Positions 36,038-48,963 of a stretch of DNA of 64,000 bases are shown here, one piece after another. Location: NCBI GenBank assembly GCA_008632985.1, contig QPGO01000022.1, positions 186,001-250,000 on the forward strand, read 5' to 3'. Numbering within the stretch: the stretch's first letter is position 1; the number at the start of each line of letters is the position of its first letter. The translations under genes were made by a program, and so were the position numbers. Source of the stretch: Psammoneis japonica (taxonomy: Eukaryota). Under the pieces are notes generated by a model. It did no database searches, had not been told where the DNA came from, and saw only the letters and a list, made by a program, of their open reading frames with translations.

Positions 36038-39000
36038 TTAAAGCAATTCTTCTTGGTCTTCGTCGTCAGAATCACTATCAGCCGAAGAGTTCTGAAGCTT
36101 TGATTTGAGGTCATCGAGATCGCGCCTTTTCTGAACGTAAATAGAGTCGAGATATTCTTTTGTAACGTTCCGCTCTTTAAGCTCCTTCTTCTTTACTTCA
36201 ATGCTCTTCCCTAACAAACCGGCGTTTGGACAAACCAGCCGAATCAAGATCTTCAGCTCATCTCCCTTCAACGTCTCGTACTCACCGTACTGAGGCGTAC
36301 TGGAGCGAAGTGCATCAAACTCGTCGAGCGCTTTCGATTGCTTGGCGATGTCAGCCTTCAGTTTCGTTTGCTCTGCCTCTCCCACCTCGATCATCCTTGT
36401 CTTGGTACGGCGCACAGCAACAATTGCATTCTCACCTCGTGCTGTCTTGACAACGGCTCCACGTCTCTTCTTTTTGGGCGGTTGTTCGGAAGCACCCGCT
36501 GCGCCGGCAACCGCATCCTTTCGCTTGAAACCGGCAAGCACGTTCGATGTCGTTGTACGCGTTGCGACACTGATAGCGTTTACACCACTGCTATTCACCT
36601 CTACTTCGAAGACATCAATCATGGCGACATGTGGTTTCTCAATCATCTCTTTCAATTGCAAAAAATCCTGAAAAGAAAAGCTCTCACCAATTGTTTTCCC
36701 TTGTTGTTGTTGACACCAGACTTTAAACATTTCGTCGCGCTGTTCCGAAGCTTTCCGTTTTGCAGCCTCGATTGATGCTGTCTGCTCTCTCTGTCTCTGT
36801 TGCCTTTTGTGGAGATGCTCTCTTCTGGTTGCAGCAGGATCTTTCAGAAATTTTTTGGGGTCGACGCGGCACTTAGAAGCATCCAACAAATCGCTCTCGG
36901 TCACGATACGCTCAGTCCCATCTTCCAGCACCAGCTTCCAATTCGGATTGGTTTGGAGCGTAACAACTCCATCAAAGGTTGCACCAGTGGGATCAAAAAA
37001 TTGCACTTCAATGGCATCAATGAAAGGTCGCACCGAACGCAGCACCGTTGCAGTCCAATCTCGCGCGCGCTCCTCTTTCGTCTTTTCCGCCGCACGAGGC
37101 AGTGACGCCGCATCAGGCAAGTGATGTTGTACAAGTTGCATGGCCAGTTCTTCTTGTTCGCTTGTTGGCTCTGGTTTCTCACTCTTGCACTCTGTGTCCT
37201 CTCTCCATTTTGCCAACATTGATTTTGCCACTGGCATCGCGACATCCAAGTCGTGAAGCAGTGGGTCGTCGTCGTCGTCGTTGTAGCCCTCGCAGAGAAT
37301 ATTTCTCGATCTCTCAACAATGGCAATTCGTTTGTCAGGTGGGAGAGGCTCAATTTCCCACTCTTGTTTTTGTTGCTCTTGTGCTTGTTCCTCCTTTTCT
37401 CTTTGCGATTCCAGGGCGAGGTCGTGTGCGGTCCCCATTGTCTCTAGCACTTCCGTCCACGCCACGCAATCGGGGTTGATTGGCTCGAGTCCGGTTTCCT
37501 TCCAGGCACTTGTGCAGACATTGCTTCCTTTAGACAAGAGCTCAGCCTTCTCGGCTTCAAGGCAAGCCTTCCAAGCAGCGAGAAAAACTCGGTTTATCAA
37601 CCGCACTCCTTTTGCAAGACCGCTCTCGTACCTGACCCTCTTTGCCTCTTCCTCGATCTTGGCATGCAGGCGTTTGTTGACACCTCGATCGTTTGGTTGC
37701 GTCCAGATGGATGTGTGAGATGGTAGAAAAAAACAATGGACGTTGTGATCCCAGAAATGCTTGAGAGCGGCGCAGCACCAACGCGAGGCGTGTCCGTCGA
37801 GCAGCAGCATCGTGGCGTTCCTCATTCGTTCCTCGTCTGTCGCGCAACTTGTTTTTCCTTGACCCTTGGGAAGGTTCTTGCAGTGATGAATGGCAAAGTC
37901 GAGCATTGCATCTTTTTCCATACTTCCGTTTGTGGTTGTCCGGACATCAAAGCCGTGCGGGTTGTCGCTGAACTTGGCGTTGGGGTTTGGATTTGCTGGG
38001 GCGAGGCCGTCAAGATACATTTCACCAACAGCAGTCTCGTCTTCTGGAGCATTAACGCGGTTGGAATCATTGGTCTTCTTCTTGGATTTGGAGGCATGTA
38101 CAAGGAACGGCGGCGGGGCACCTTCAATTTCTTGGCACGGAATTGCGTTGACGCCTGCGGAGGCGGACGGGCACAAGGCAAGTGCATTCAACAATTATCC
38201 AGAGCAAGGTAGCAACAACAAATAAAGTAGCACCCCTTTACTTACCATCTGCTCTAGAAGTGATACACATGGTAAGATGATGGCTCATCTTGCCGTCGCC
38301 CTCGGGAGTCCTCTGAAAAATGCGTGACTTCTTCATGACCTCCTTGAAGACTGGCACTTTCTTGCGGCGTTTCGCAGCATCCATTGCAACTTCATCCATG
38401 TTGTATTTTCTAAAAGCCTCAAGCTTCTCAATGCAATCAACATCAATTTTACCTGTGGCATGGAGATGCTTCACAAAAGACTGCAACTTTGCAAAATGTG
38501 CGTCCCGAACCTCTTTCGTCCCCTGCTCAGCACGAATTGGGTCCAAACTTGAAGCTGAAGCTAGTTTTGCTAGCTTTGGATGGCGTTGGAGCATGGAGTA
38601 CACAAAATAATCAGACACAGATGGTTTTTCACGCTCATCAATGTGCTCATTAGCCAAGTCATTCACAATGTCAAGAATGGTGTCCTTTGATGCTCCGCAT
38701 CCCATCTGACCCAACCAGCAGCAAACTTCAACAACATGCTGCTCTTCGTCGTCAGTAAGAATTCTATTCCCCTTGTGCAAGGCAGTGATTGCCTCCTTTG
38801 CCTTCTTATCTTTCGCTCCAAAACAGTTGCAAATGGCTTCTTGTGCTTTCTCCACTGAAGCACTTTCTTGATGAAGACGACGAAGTCCACTTTGTCCCCA
38901 TGCCCGATTCAGGGTGTTGTAACGGGTGCTGTGCTCGGGGTGGACATTCTTGCAGTAATAGCTTAAAGAAACTCCATTGCCGTTTGCATAGAAGTCCATA

Positions 39001-39173
39001 AGAATATGAAACTTCAAAGACTTCTCCACACGTGGGCATTTCGTTCCCTTTGCTCTACCGGCAGGGGCCCTATGGTAGTAGGTGTGCGGTGATCGTGGAG
39101 CCGTGGGGAACACGAAAGCAAGGTTCCGAATGCCATCTGATGGAATGGGCCGGTGAGGAGTCGGGATTCCCAT
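36038..39173 (-). mobile_element. pogo/Tigger-type DDE_1 transposase gene (about 1015 aa; intron 38155-38245); termini not found
   Basis: CENP-B-like HTH region (LTDDEEQHVVEVC), triad YNMDE / LLLDGHASR / TQPNDRGVN and FLPSHTS. A GT-AG intron joins ORFs 38238-39173 and 36038-38194 in frame (ADG|VNAIP). Confidence 0.8.
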
Positions 39174-39340
39174 GTATCTTTCTTCTACGTAGGCGTCAGT
39201 AGTAACTTTCGCAAGTACGTCATTCAGTTTGGAATGTCAACAAAGATCCGTAAATTTCAATTCTGGAAAAGACGTGGTCCTGGTGGTCGGTGGCGGTGCG
39301 GTGATTCATTGCCATATTGCCGTCACTTTTTGTCGTCGCC

Positions 39341-40338
39341 ATGAAGATTTCAGCGCTTTCTCTCTTTTCCGTTCTCGGCGGTGCCGCAGCGTTTGCGCCA
39401 TCCTTTGGGATTCCACGGGCTGCGTCCACCGAGCTCTCCATGGCCAGGAAGCCTTTCATTTCTGGAAACTGGAAGCTAAACCCGAAGACTCGTGACGAGG
39501 CTGAGACGCTAGCTACCGACATTGCTGCTGCCATTGGAGACGACTCCCCTGATGCCGATGTTGCTCTCTTTGTCCCGTATGTGTTTATTGAGGCAGCCAT
39601 GAAGGCCGTTGACGGAAAGATTTCCATTGGCGCTGAGGTGCGTTGTTTCTGGTGTGGTATTATGGGTGTTTCGTGGAAAGCCGGATCGGTGGTTCTGTTG
39701 CTGTTGTTGTCGCTACCCTTGTTGCAATTCTTGGACCTTTCTCAACCATTCTTAATTTCATTACTTAGGGTGTCTGTCCTGAAATTGCTGGAGCCTTTAC
39801 CGGAGCTGTTGCTGCTCCAATGCTCAAGTCCATTGGCGTGCAATGGGCGTTGGCCGGCCATTCCGAGCGCAGGGTTATCTTTGGTGAATCTGACGAATAC
39901 ATTAATGGACAGTGTCTAAAGCTCATGGATGAGGGCATGTCCGTAATGCTTTGTATCGGTGAGAGTGAATCCGAATATGAACAGGATTTGGCTGGAGCCG
40001 TCTGTGCCGTTCAGCTCAAGAAGGGACTTGCTGGTATCAGTAAGGAGGACATGTCCCGTGTTGCCATTGCGTACGAACCCGTTTGGGCCATTGGAACCGG
40101 AAAGGTGGCCACTCCCGAGACGGCCCAAAGCGTTCATGCTACATGCCGATCCATTCTCGCCGACATTTACGATCAGGAAACAGCCGACAGCACTCGTATC
40201 TTGTACGGCGGGAGCGTCACTCCCGATTCGGTGGACGAGCTCATGGCACAGCCTGATATTGACGGCGCTCTTGTTGGAGGAGCGTCCCTGGATGCGTCCA
40301 AGTTTGGCCGCATTATTAACTTTGAGACTACGGATTGA
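39341..40338 (+). CDS. TPI: Triosephosphate isomerase, plastid-targeted; intron 39638-39768
   Basis: Signal plus AAAFAP, FISGNWKLN, GAFTG, GHSERR, AYEPVWAIGTG, YGGSV and DGALVGGASL. Confidence 0.97.
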
Positions 40339-42457
40339 TCGTGTTAGCTACGTTTTTGCATGAGCAAGGAAGCTATCCAAGCCTGTAAACATTTTCACAC
40401 GAGTCTCCAACGCATTTCATCCTGTAGTGCTGTACCGTACTTGTGTTTCATATCACTGCTTTGTGCTGTAGCACTCTTTATCGTGTTCTTGACGCGTACC
40501 TAGTTGTTTGAGCTTGTAAAACACACGATAGGTACGTTCAATTTTTTTTTTGGTGGAATTGACTCAAAAGTAAAGGATTATGTTTGAGAACAAAGCAAGA
40601 CAGTTTAAGACATGACTCGTTCCAATCAAATCTGCTCCGTGCTGGCGTAAATTCCCACCGCGGTGCCGGACTCGAATGCCTTTTCCTTCGCAGGTGGTGT
40701 CCCTCGCGGCCATCACTTATACTGTCACAATCACAAGAAGGCAACAAGCAATGCACCGTGATGCCACACGTGCGGCGCCGGGTCATTGATGGTTGTCATG
40801 ATTTCCTCTCACTGCTCTGTGGTTTTCTTCCTGCAGACCCAGACATTGTCACACCTTGTCAAGTGGCACACCAACTCCAAGATGGCAAGAAAGAAACCAC
40901 AGGTTGCACTGGGAGGTGCGAATCATGCTGTCTCAAGACTCCTGAGGCCCCACCAAGATGCTGAATGATGGTGTTGACAATCTGCACTGTTGGCCTTGTT
41001 TTGCAGCTTGTGTTTTGCCTGCAGCACAGCAACGATGTTGATTGAGGCTGAAAAAAACAGATGACTCCAACATGAGTGCAAGAACAACAAGGACAAGCTT
41101 CACAAGAAATGGTGGCAGCCAGCAACCTTGGCACCAGACAACGAGGTTGGCATCTGAGTTGTTGCCAAAGCAGATGGAAAAATCAAGATGGGAGTGTGGC
41201 TCTCCACAACTGCTTTGTGCATGTGCCAGAGGAGAAAGAGTTCATTGACACCAAAGCTCTGGATCTGGGTGGCCTGGCCCCATGCACCCCAGCCAGCTGT
41301 TCTTGATGACAGGAGATTGGCAACCAACCTTGCCATGGTGGTGCAAGTGGCATGAAAAAGCAGCAGCAGCATGGCCACCACTCTTTGAGCTCAAGTGTGG
41401 GATGTCATGTCACAGAGGCAGCAACAGAAGTGGTTGATTGCTTTCTTGTCCTTGAAAGTCCCAGATGCCTTGGCACACAAGCTCAAATTTACCACTTGCT
41501 TTTCAGCTTGTTTCTTGGCCCATCACCTCATCATCAAAGGGAGGCTTTGTCAAGGACAATCAAGCTGTTAAGCATGTCAGGGAAGACTGCTCTCTGACAG
41601 TCTTGAAAATTCCATGAAGACAACCCCACACAACAACAAGCCTCCCAGCAGCAAGAAAAACACTTGCTGCCTTTGCCACTTGCTGAGTTCAGGAAATGTT
41701 GCTGGTGGTGGGCAAGCCCACAACAAATGAAAGCCAAAAGGTTGTTGGAAACACTGCAGCAAAATTGTGCAGGTGAAACCAGAGCCATCACCAACCACAG
41801 AGTCCATCTTGCAAAAGGCGCATGTGCAATGTCCTGCAGCAGCTGCTGGGCTGGCTTTTTTCAGTGTGAGCCAACAACACACCATTGTTGCAGCTGAGCA
41901 CAGCTCCACTGCTGCTTTTAAAAAAGGGCACAGCAAGCAACTGGTTCCAAGAAATGGCCAATGCAGATGAGAGCATTGACAAACAACCTTCCCCAGCCAT
42001 GTTTTGTTTCTTGTCTGATCTCAACTGAGTGAGCTTTGCATCATCATGTCATCATGTTGTCATTTGTCACTGCTTTTGCCAAAGAGATGTTGCACCAAAG
42101 TGACACTTCAATGCCATCAAGGCAGAATGTTGAGTGTTTTTAGAGCTCTTGTTGGCACACAGAGCTGTCTTGGCAAGCAATCAACAGAGCTGCCCTGGTG
42201 CTCTTGCCATTGCTGGCATTTTCCTGCCACAGTCTGCCCTTGGATTGGCGACAACAGTGACATGGACGGTGACTCTTTGGCCATTGTTGTTTGTGTGAGG
42301 TTGATTGTGTGGGGTGACAATGGTTGTGCTGGCTGTTTTGTTTGTCAGCAATGCCATCACAAAATGGAGAAATGCAAGTTGGCTGCCACCTTCACAGCCT
42401 GGACAACCTTGCTGATGAGTGGCATGAATGCATTGACAACCTGGGAAGGTTGTTCAT

Positions 42458-42776
42458 TGTTGAAACAGCTGGAAGATGGGAAATTTGTGAGACCTGGACA
42501 TGTTGAAGAAAAAATGCTGTTGCTCCTGTGATGTGGAAGATGCAGCAACTCTTCATCATTGAAGTTCTTGCATCATCACCAATCTCTCCTGTCTCTTTGT
42601 TCATTTCATTCTTTGAAGTGAATCATGTGCTTTGTTGCAATCACATGATTCTGTCACATTGGCGCCACTGGGTGTCCATTGCATTGCAAGTTTGAAGTTT
42701 GCATCAACAACTTTGGGGCAACCTGCACAGCTGCTGCAAGCAGCCAATGCAAGCACAACAAGTGGTGCAGGAAGCC
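42458..42776 (+). repeat. 5' LTR-like direct repeat (partner 48964-49284)
   Basis: Starts TGTTG. Shares ctggaagatgg, gatgtggaagatgcagc, gtgaatcat, gccactggg.gtccattgca and caagtttgaag with the 3' copy. Confidence 0.8.
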
Positions 42777-45700
42777 TTGCAGGACTCCCTTGTCATGGTG
42801 GCATTAAATTGCTGGTTTAACCCACTCCAAAGAGTTGTTGGCACAACATTGGTGGTGCTCAACAATGCCACTCCACCTGCAGTTGACTGATTGCTCAGAA
42901 CATGTGCAATGAGTGGCAGAGGAAGTGGCAGAAGTGAAGCTGCATCCTCTGCCCCCCATTGACTGCTGCACCAAGCAAATGAAGCAGAAAGTGCAAGGCA
43001 GTCCTGCTTGCATGATGATTGGGGACAAGCCAATCAAGCCATTCAAGCTGATCCAGTCACAAGCTTTTAACTCAATGAGAGGTCAACACAAGCTTCGCAC
43101 ACTTGCCAGGTCCCTGCAGAACATGCTCAACATGAATTAACAAGAGTGCAAGTTGCTGAACAACTGCCTGTCAATGTTCAAGAACCAGCAAGATGCAATG
43201 TCTTGGCAAGGAGATGCCAAACACCAAATTCATTTTGAAGACCAAGGAACACAAGGATGGTGCAAAACAATGGAGCAGCATGAGATGAAGGAGGCAGCAT
43301 TCAAGACATGGATGACATGCCTGTTTGTAGAAAAAAGCAACAACTGCCATTGCAAGAGCTTGAAGAAGAACTTTGTCAAGGATTGCAGCATGAGATGGGA
43401 TGAATGTCCAAAGACCCTTGAGAATTCAATGGATGCACTGCCAGATCACCTGAAAGACAACAATCCTTGAAAGAGACACAACAAGAGGAATGATGAATGC
43501 ACGAATGTCAAGAACAAGAACAAGAGGTCCAATCATGTGAAGGACCAAAGCCATGCCCAGAGAGGCAATTAAAGTGACACCATGGTGTGCCGCTGTTGTG
43601 GGAAACTGAGTCACAAGTCCCCAAACTGCAAGCATTGAAGTGACATCACATTTGACAATTGGCTCAAAAACACTGGCAAGAAACTGGATGCCACCAGGGG
43701 ACAGAGTCATGCACAGAGATAAGATGAGGACATCTTGTTGGCAGACAGCAGCAGTGCTGACATTTGCACCAGCTGATGATCCAATTGACATCAACCCGCC
43801 CATTCAAGCCAAAGCAGAAGTGCTGTGTGGCACGCCTGACTGCAGCTGGCAAATGAGAAACCAGAAGCAAGCACAAACCCAAGTCAATTGAGACATCAGC
43901 ATGGATGAGATCATCCTTGACAATGGCTCTGCCCTCAGCACAGCAGCAAGCTGGAGATCAGCGCACAATGTGCGGCTGGCCAAGGTCAAGATTGACCTGT
44001 CCATGAGTGCAGGAGAGGGCACTCCAGACAAAGACTGCACCATGCCCAGATGGAGGGAGTGAAGCTCAGATCACAGAGTGCAACAGCCAAACATCCTCAG
44101 CTCAAAGGACATCAACAGCAAGCACTGCATTGCATGTGACAACCAAGCAGCAGATGAGTTCCAACTGCCAGACAAAAAGACTGGCAAGCAAGTTACGGTG
44201 TTCAAAGTTCACGACATTGGACTGCACACATTTGCACAAAGGCAGAAGGTCTTTGACCATGCAAAAGATCTCCAAGAAAGTGAGGTGCATGTGAGCATGC
44301 TGTTGAAGAAGAAGAAGAAGAAGAAGAAACTGGAGAGGAGGAGCAACGTGAAGCACAGGAGTGCATCAGCAGCTGTTGTTTTGATGGTGGAGCAGAACTC
44401 AGCAGACCACATGAAGATGCTGCACAGCAAAGCTGGAGCCCCCAGTGTGAAAGATTTCAAGTTGTTTTTATGATCAAACTAGGCAAAGAACTTGTCCATC
44501 ATGCTGGAAGACCTGGACAGAATGGCAGACATTTGGGGACCACCTGGTGATGCAACAAAAAGAAAGGCCAAACAAGTGCATCAATCCCATGAGAGGAAGA
44601 ATGACATTGTTGCCACACCACCTGAGATGCATGAGAAACAGTGAGATGGTGAAATCCTCTGTGTTGATGTCACACTTGGAAACACATCAACACACACAAT
44701 GCATTGGACACAATGCTGTGCCAGTGCAACATGGCTTTGTTCAAAATTGACTTTGTCAAGCATTGAGATCCCAAGTTCAAGGACATGCTGGAGAGGAAGT
44801 CACAGATGGTGTGAAACTGGAACTGACATCTACAACCACTGGTGGCCATGTTCCCAAAGTCCAATGCTGAAACATTGTGAGGCCTTCAAGGAACAAACTT
44901 GAGCCATGTTGTGCCACCTGCTGTGCAAGGTGATGCCCAAGCTGATGTGCAAGCATGCTGTGATTGAGAATGCCATGATGGCATGCATGCACTCAGAAAG
45001 AAGAAATTTCCAACATGTGCAGTCCACACACTGAAAACAACCTGATGAACATCACATGGGCATGTGTGGCATCATTGACAGAACATGCCTGCAACAACAT
45101 TTTGACATTCCCAAGGGTGACCACTGCACTGTGAACCTGCACGTGGGGAAACTGCTGAACCCCTGCAAGTGTGCTGCCACAACTCTGATCAATGCATGCA
45201 CACAAGGCTCAAGCAGTTGAGAAGATGGTCTCATCACAAGGCATCAAAGACTTCAAATTTGTGAGCAAATGTAGAGACAACCTGTGCAATGCCAGTTGGA
45301 CTGCAGGAGTGGACAACAACAAAAACTGCAGCAACAGCAAAGATGAAAGCAAGGACAAAAACAAGAATGAGCACAACAATGCCAACTGCACAACCAAGTC
45401 AGAAGACAAGGACTGCAAAGATGAGCCTGGCTTAGATGAAGAATGTGAAAAGCAAGCAAAATGCCAGCAGACAACAGATCCAGGCCTGATCAATGGCACA
45501 AGGACTGCAAAGACAAAGAACAAGAAGACTGCAAACAAGTCAAAGAGTCAGAATGAGACAGTGCACCTGCAGATGAGAAAAGAAGAGAAGCAAAACTGAC
45601 AGAAATTGCAAGTGAGATGCCAAGAAGAGTGAGAAAGAGCAGCACTGAGCTCAGCACATCCACAATGTGAAGTCACATGAACACAGAGAATGGAAAGTTC

Positions 45701-47529
45701 AATTTGCAGGAGAGCAGCCATCACAGAAATGCAACAACAGCAGAACAAACTTGACTGCTGCCATCACTTGAGGACAAACATCAGCCTCAATCCAGATGAC
45801 TGCATCAAATGCAATGCAGAAACAGGAGCGGCACTGGCACAATTCATGTGTGAGATGAATGGCTGGCTTTGATTGGGAAAGGGCATTTTCTTTGCCCAGA
45901 AGCACCTGTTGCACAAAGGCCTGAAAGCATTTGACCAGAGGGGGCATGTTGCATTGGAGAAGGAGATGAAACAACTCCATGACAGAGTGTGCTTTACAAC
46001 AACATTGACTGAACATGTGACTCTGACTGAGAGGACCAAGGCTGTGATCACCTCAATGTTCCCAATGGAGAAGCAAGACAGCCACACAAAAGAGCAAATG
46101 GCCTGCAATGGCAAACCAACCAGAGAATGGCTGGACTGGAATGAATCAGCTGGCCCAACTGCATCATTGGAAGGAACACTGATGACAGCTGTCATTGATG
46201 CTGTGGAAGAGTGCAACACAAGGAGTGCCAGTGCATTTGTGCAGAGTGCAGAGTGCAGACACAGATGCCAGAGCCCAAGGAAGGCAAAGACTGGATCATG
46301 ATGAAGATTGCAGGAGTGTTGGTTGACATGCCAGTGAGCATTGATCCCAGAAAAGTTCTCCATGTGCAAGTCATTGGAGACACATGTGGCATGTTGATCA
46401 CAGCTCTGCTGTGGCACAAGCAATTTTGGAAGGAAGACTTGGAAAACAATTGGGTTTGAGTTCAACCCATGCAACCCATGCATTGCCAAATGATTGGCTC
46501 AACAGCAAGCAGCACACTGTCTCTGTTTTCATGTCGACAACCTGTGTTGTCAAGCCACAAAAATTTCAAGGCTGGCCTGACAAGGTGTGCAGAAACCATG
46601 GCAAAGTTGTTGCACCAAGAGGAAAGAAACATGACCACCTTGGCATGATTGTGGACTTCAGCCACAAGAGCAAGGCAAAGGTTGACATGACCAGCTGCAC
46701 ACTCACAAGATGGTTGGTCAGTTTCCAGAAAAGATCAAGAGCACAGACACTGCCCTGACACCAGCAGGGGAGAACCTGTTTGACACTGGTGGCACTGGAC
46801 TGGCCACCAACAGAGAAAGTAAAGACACCCCACATGTGGGCAATCAAGGGGCTGTTTCTTTCCAAGAGGGCCCATGGACACACACCCAATCATTGCAGCA
46901 TCATGCACACAGGTCAGAGAGCATGCTGACAAGGATTGGGGAAAGCCAGTCTGTTGTGTCAAGCATTTGAACCCAATGTGAGACAAAGCAGCTGCATTGG
47001 TGAGCACAAAGAACTGCCAAATCATCAACAAAGATGGTGTGTGGATGCTTCATTTTCAGTGCACCTGGACTTCAAGAGCCACACAAGAGGAGTTGTGACC
47101 ACATGGGTGATGGAGCAGTCATGCAAGCCACATCAAAGTGCAGCAGAAGCTCAACACCCAAAGCAGCACAGAAGCTGAACTTGTGGCAGTCAATGACGCC
47201 ATGTCTGTGATGCTGTGGATGAAGCTGGTCATTGAAAACCAAGGCTGTCCAATTGGCAAGAATGTCCTGCAACATCAGGACAACAACAGCACCACACTGC
47301 TGGAAACCAACAGGCAGAGGAGTGCCAGAACAAGGTCAAGAGCACTCAACATTTAGCATTTCTTCATTGCCAATCAGATCAAGAAGGGCAACCTTAGAGC
47401 ACAGCATTGTGTCCAACCAACGACACAATGCTTGTTGGAAACTTCATGACTGAGCCATTGCAGGGCAAGAAGTTTTAAAAAAATTAAATGAGCCATCATG
47501 GGCTGTGGATGTCAAGCATGACGACAGAA

Positions 47530-47940
47530 GCATTTCCTGTTTGTGATGTCAAATGAGAGTTCTGACACATGTGGTTGAAAGATCCCTGCAACCCAGAAGA
47601 TGTGGCCAACCCTGTTGTTCAGCCAATCACAACCCACAGCAACCATGATGTTGACAATTGCACATGCTGGCTTTGCAAGAGAGCCACCAGAACATGACGT
47701 CAGTGAGTTTGATGAGCTGCGGGATGCATTCCAGGAGCATTTCCTGTTTGTGATGTCAGATGAGAGTTCTGACACATGTGGTTGAAAGATCCCTGCAACC
47801 CAGAAGATGTGGTTGGCCCCTGTTGTTCAGCAATCACAACCCACAGCAACCATGATGTTGATGACTGCACATGCTGGCATTGCAAGACAGCTGCCAGCTG
47901 CCAGAACATGTCAGCAAGTTTGATGAGCTGCACGATGCAC
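47530..47940 (+). repeat. Tandem duplication, period about 207 bp
   Basis: gcatttcctgtttgtgatgtca.atgagagttctgacacatgtggttgaaagatccctgcaacccagaagatgtgg occurs at 47530 and 47737. Confidence 0.9.
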
Positions 47941-48963
47941 TCATGCAATGTTGGCTGCAACATTGTTGGGGTGAGTTCAAGAGATTCTTGAATGAGGTGT
48001 CAGAAGATTTGACACTGGAGTGGTGTGGAATGTGGATGGCATCTTTGCACACATTGCCACCACTGGACCCCCGAGCATTTGCCAAGAGGTGACAGATGAA
48101 AACCTGCTGATGCTTGAACTCAGGAAGGATGGAAAGGTTGTCTGGACCATTGCCTGCAGAATGACAGAGAGGTGCAAGAAAGAACATGAAAAAAGATGGC
48201 ATCAGTTGTGGGCAGTGATGCACAAGAGACAATGCAGCATGTGCACACAGAAAAGTTGGGGCAGGCCAATGAAGCACAACATCAGTGCATGTCGCCACTG
48301 TTGTGCCAATGATCTCCCCACTTGACAATGAAGAAAAAGTGAGGACCACAGCCATGGATCATGCAAGAGAAGCACACAAGACCAAGAAATGTTGGCAGAT
48401 TGTTGGAGGTCAAGGCTTGGAATGTCACAAAAGGAAGGAACTCAACCATGGCAGCTCATCTGCAGCATTGATCACCATGGGACATGTGGAGTGCTTGTGG
48501 AATGCACTTCCAATCAACCCATGGAGATTGAAGAGTGGCAATTTGACCCAATGCAAGACAACAATGGTGCTGTCTGTGATGCATTAAGTTGGTGCAATTT
48601 TTTTAATGTCAAGTTATCAAGGTAAACCCAAACAGGATTGGACATGTCACAACATGGAGCCCTCTAATTTGGACCAATTGTGCATCAACAATTGGGTGAA
48701 AGCCCAATCAGAGATGTGGGTCTGCATGGCAGGGCTGTGAAAGAGAGGACTCATTGTGCTTGTGTGAAGTAATTTGTGGATTGGCAAGCAGGATCACAAA
48801 TGTGTTTGATGATGTGCTTGATGACCGTCACTGCAGATTTTGTGATCTGGAGGACAGCAGCATTGAGATGGCTGATGCACCTGGTGAGTCTGTTGTTGAC
48901 ATGCCACAAGGAAGTGCAGCACCTGAGCACTTTGGCAGAACATTGATGCAAGCAGCAGGAGTG

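Noticed and set aside
35876..39277. ggacgtctcttcca / tggaaaagacgtgg as terminal inverted repeats of the pogo element
   Set aside because: Only 11 of 14 bases match, the match does not extend, and there is no clean TA target duplication.
13025..41520. Similarity between ~13035-13062 and ~41494-41520 (acttg..ttt.agctt..ttcttggccc)
   Set aside because: Short, does not extend, and is expected by chance in low-complexity TG/CA-biased DNA.
44305..44329. (GAA)n run encoding poly-Lys inside the Copia element
   Set aside because: Ordinary microsatellite expansion in dead sequence.
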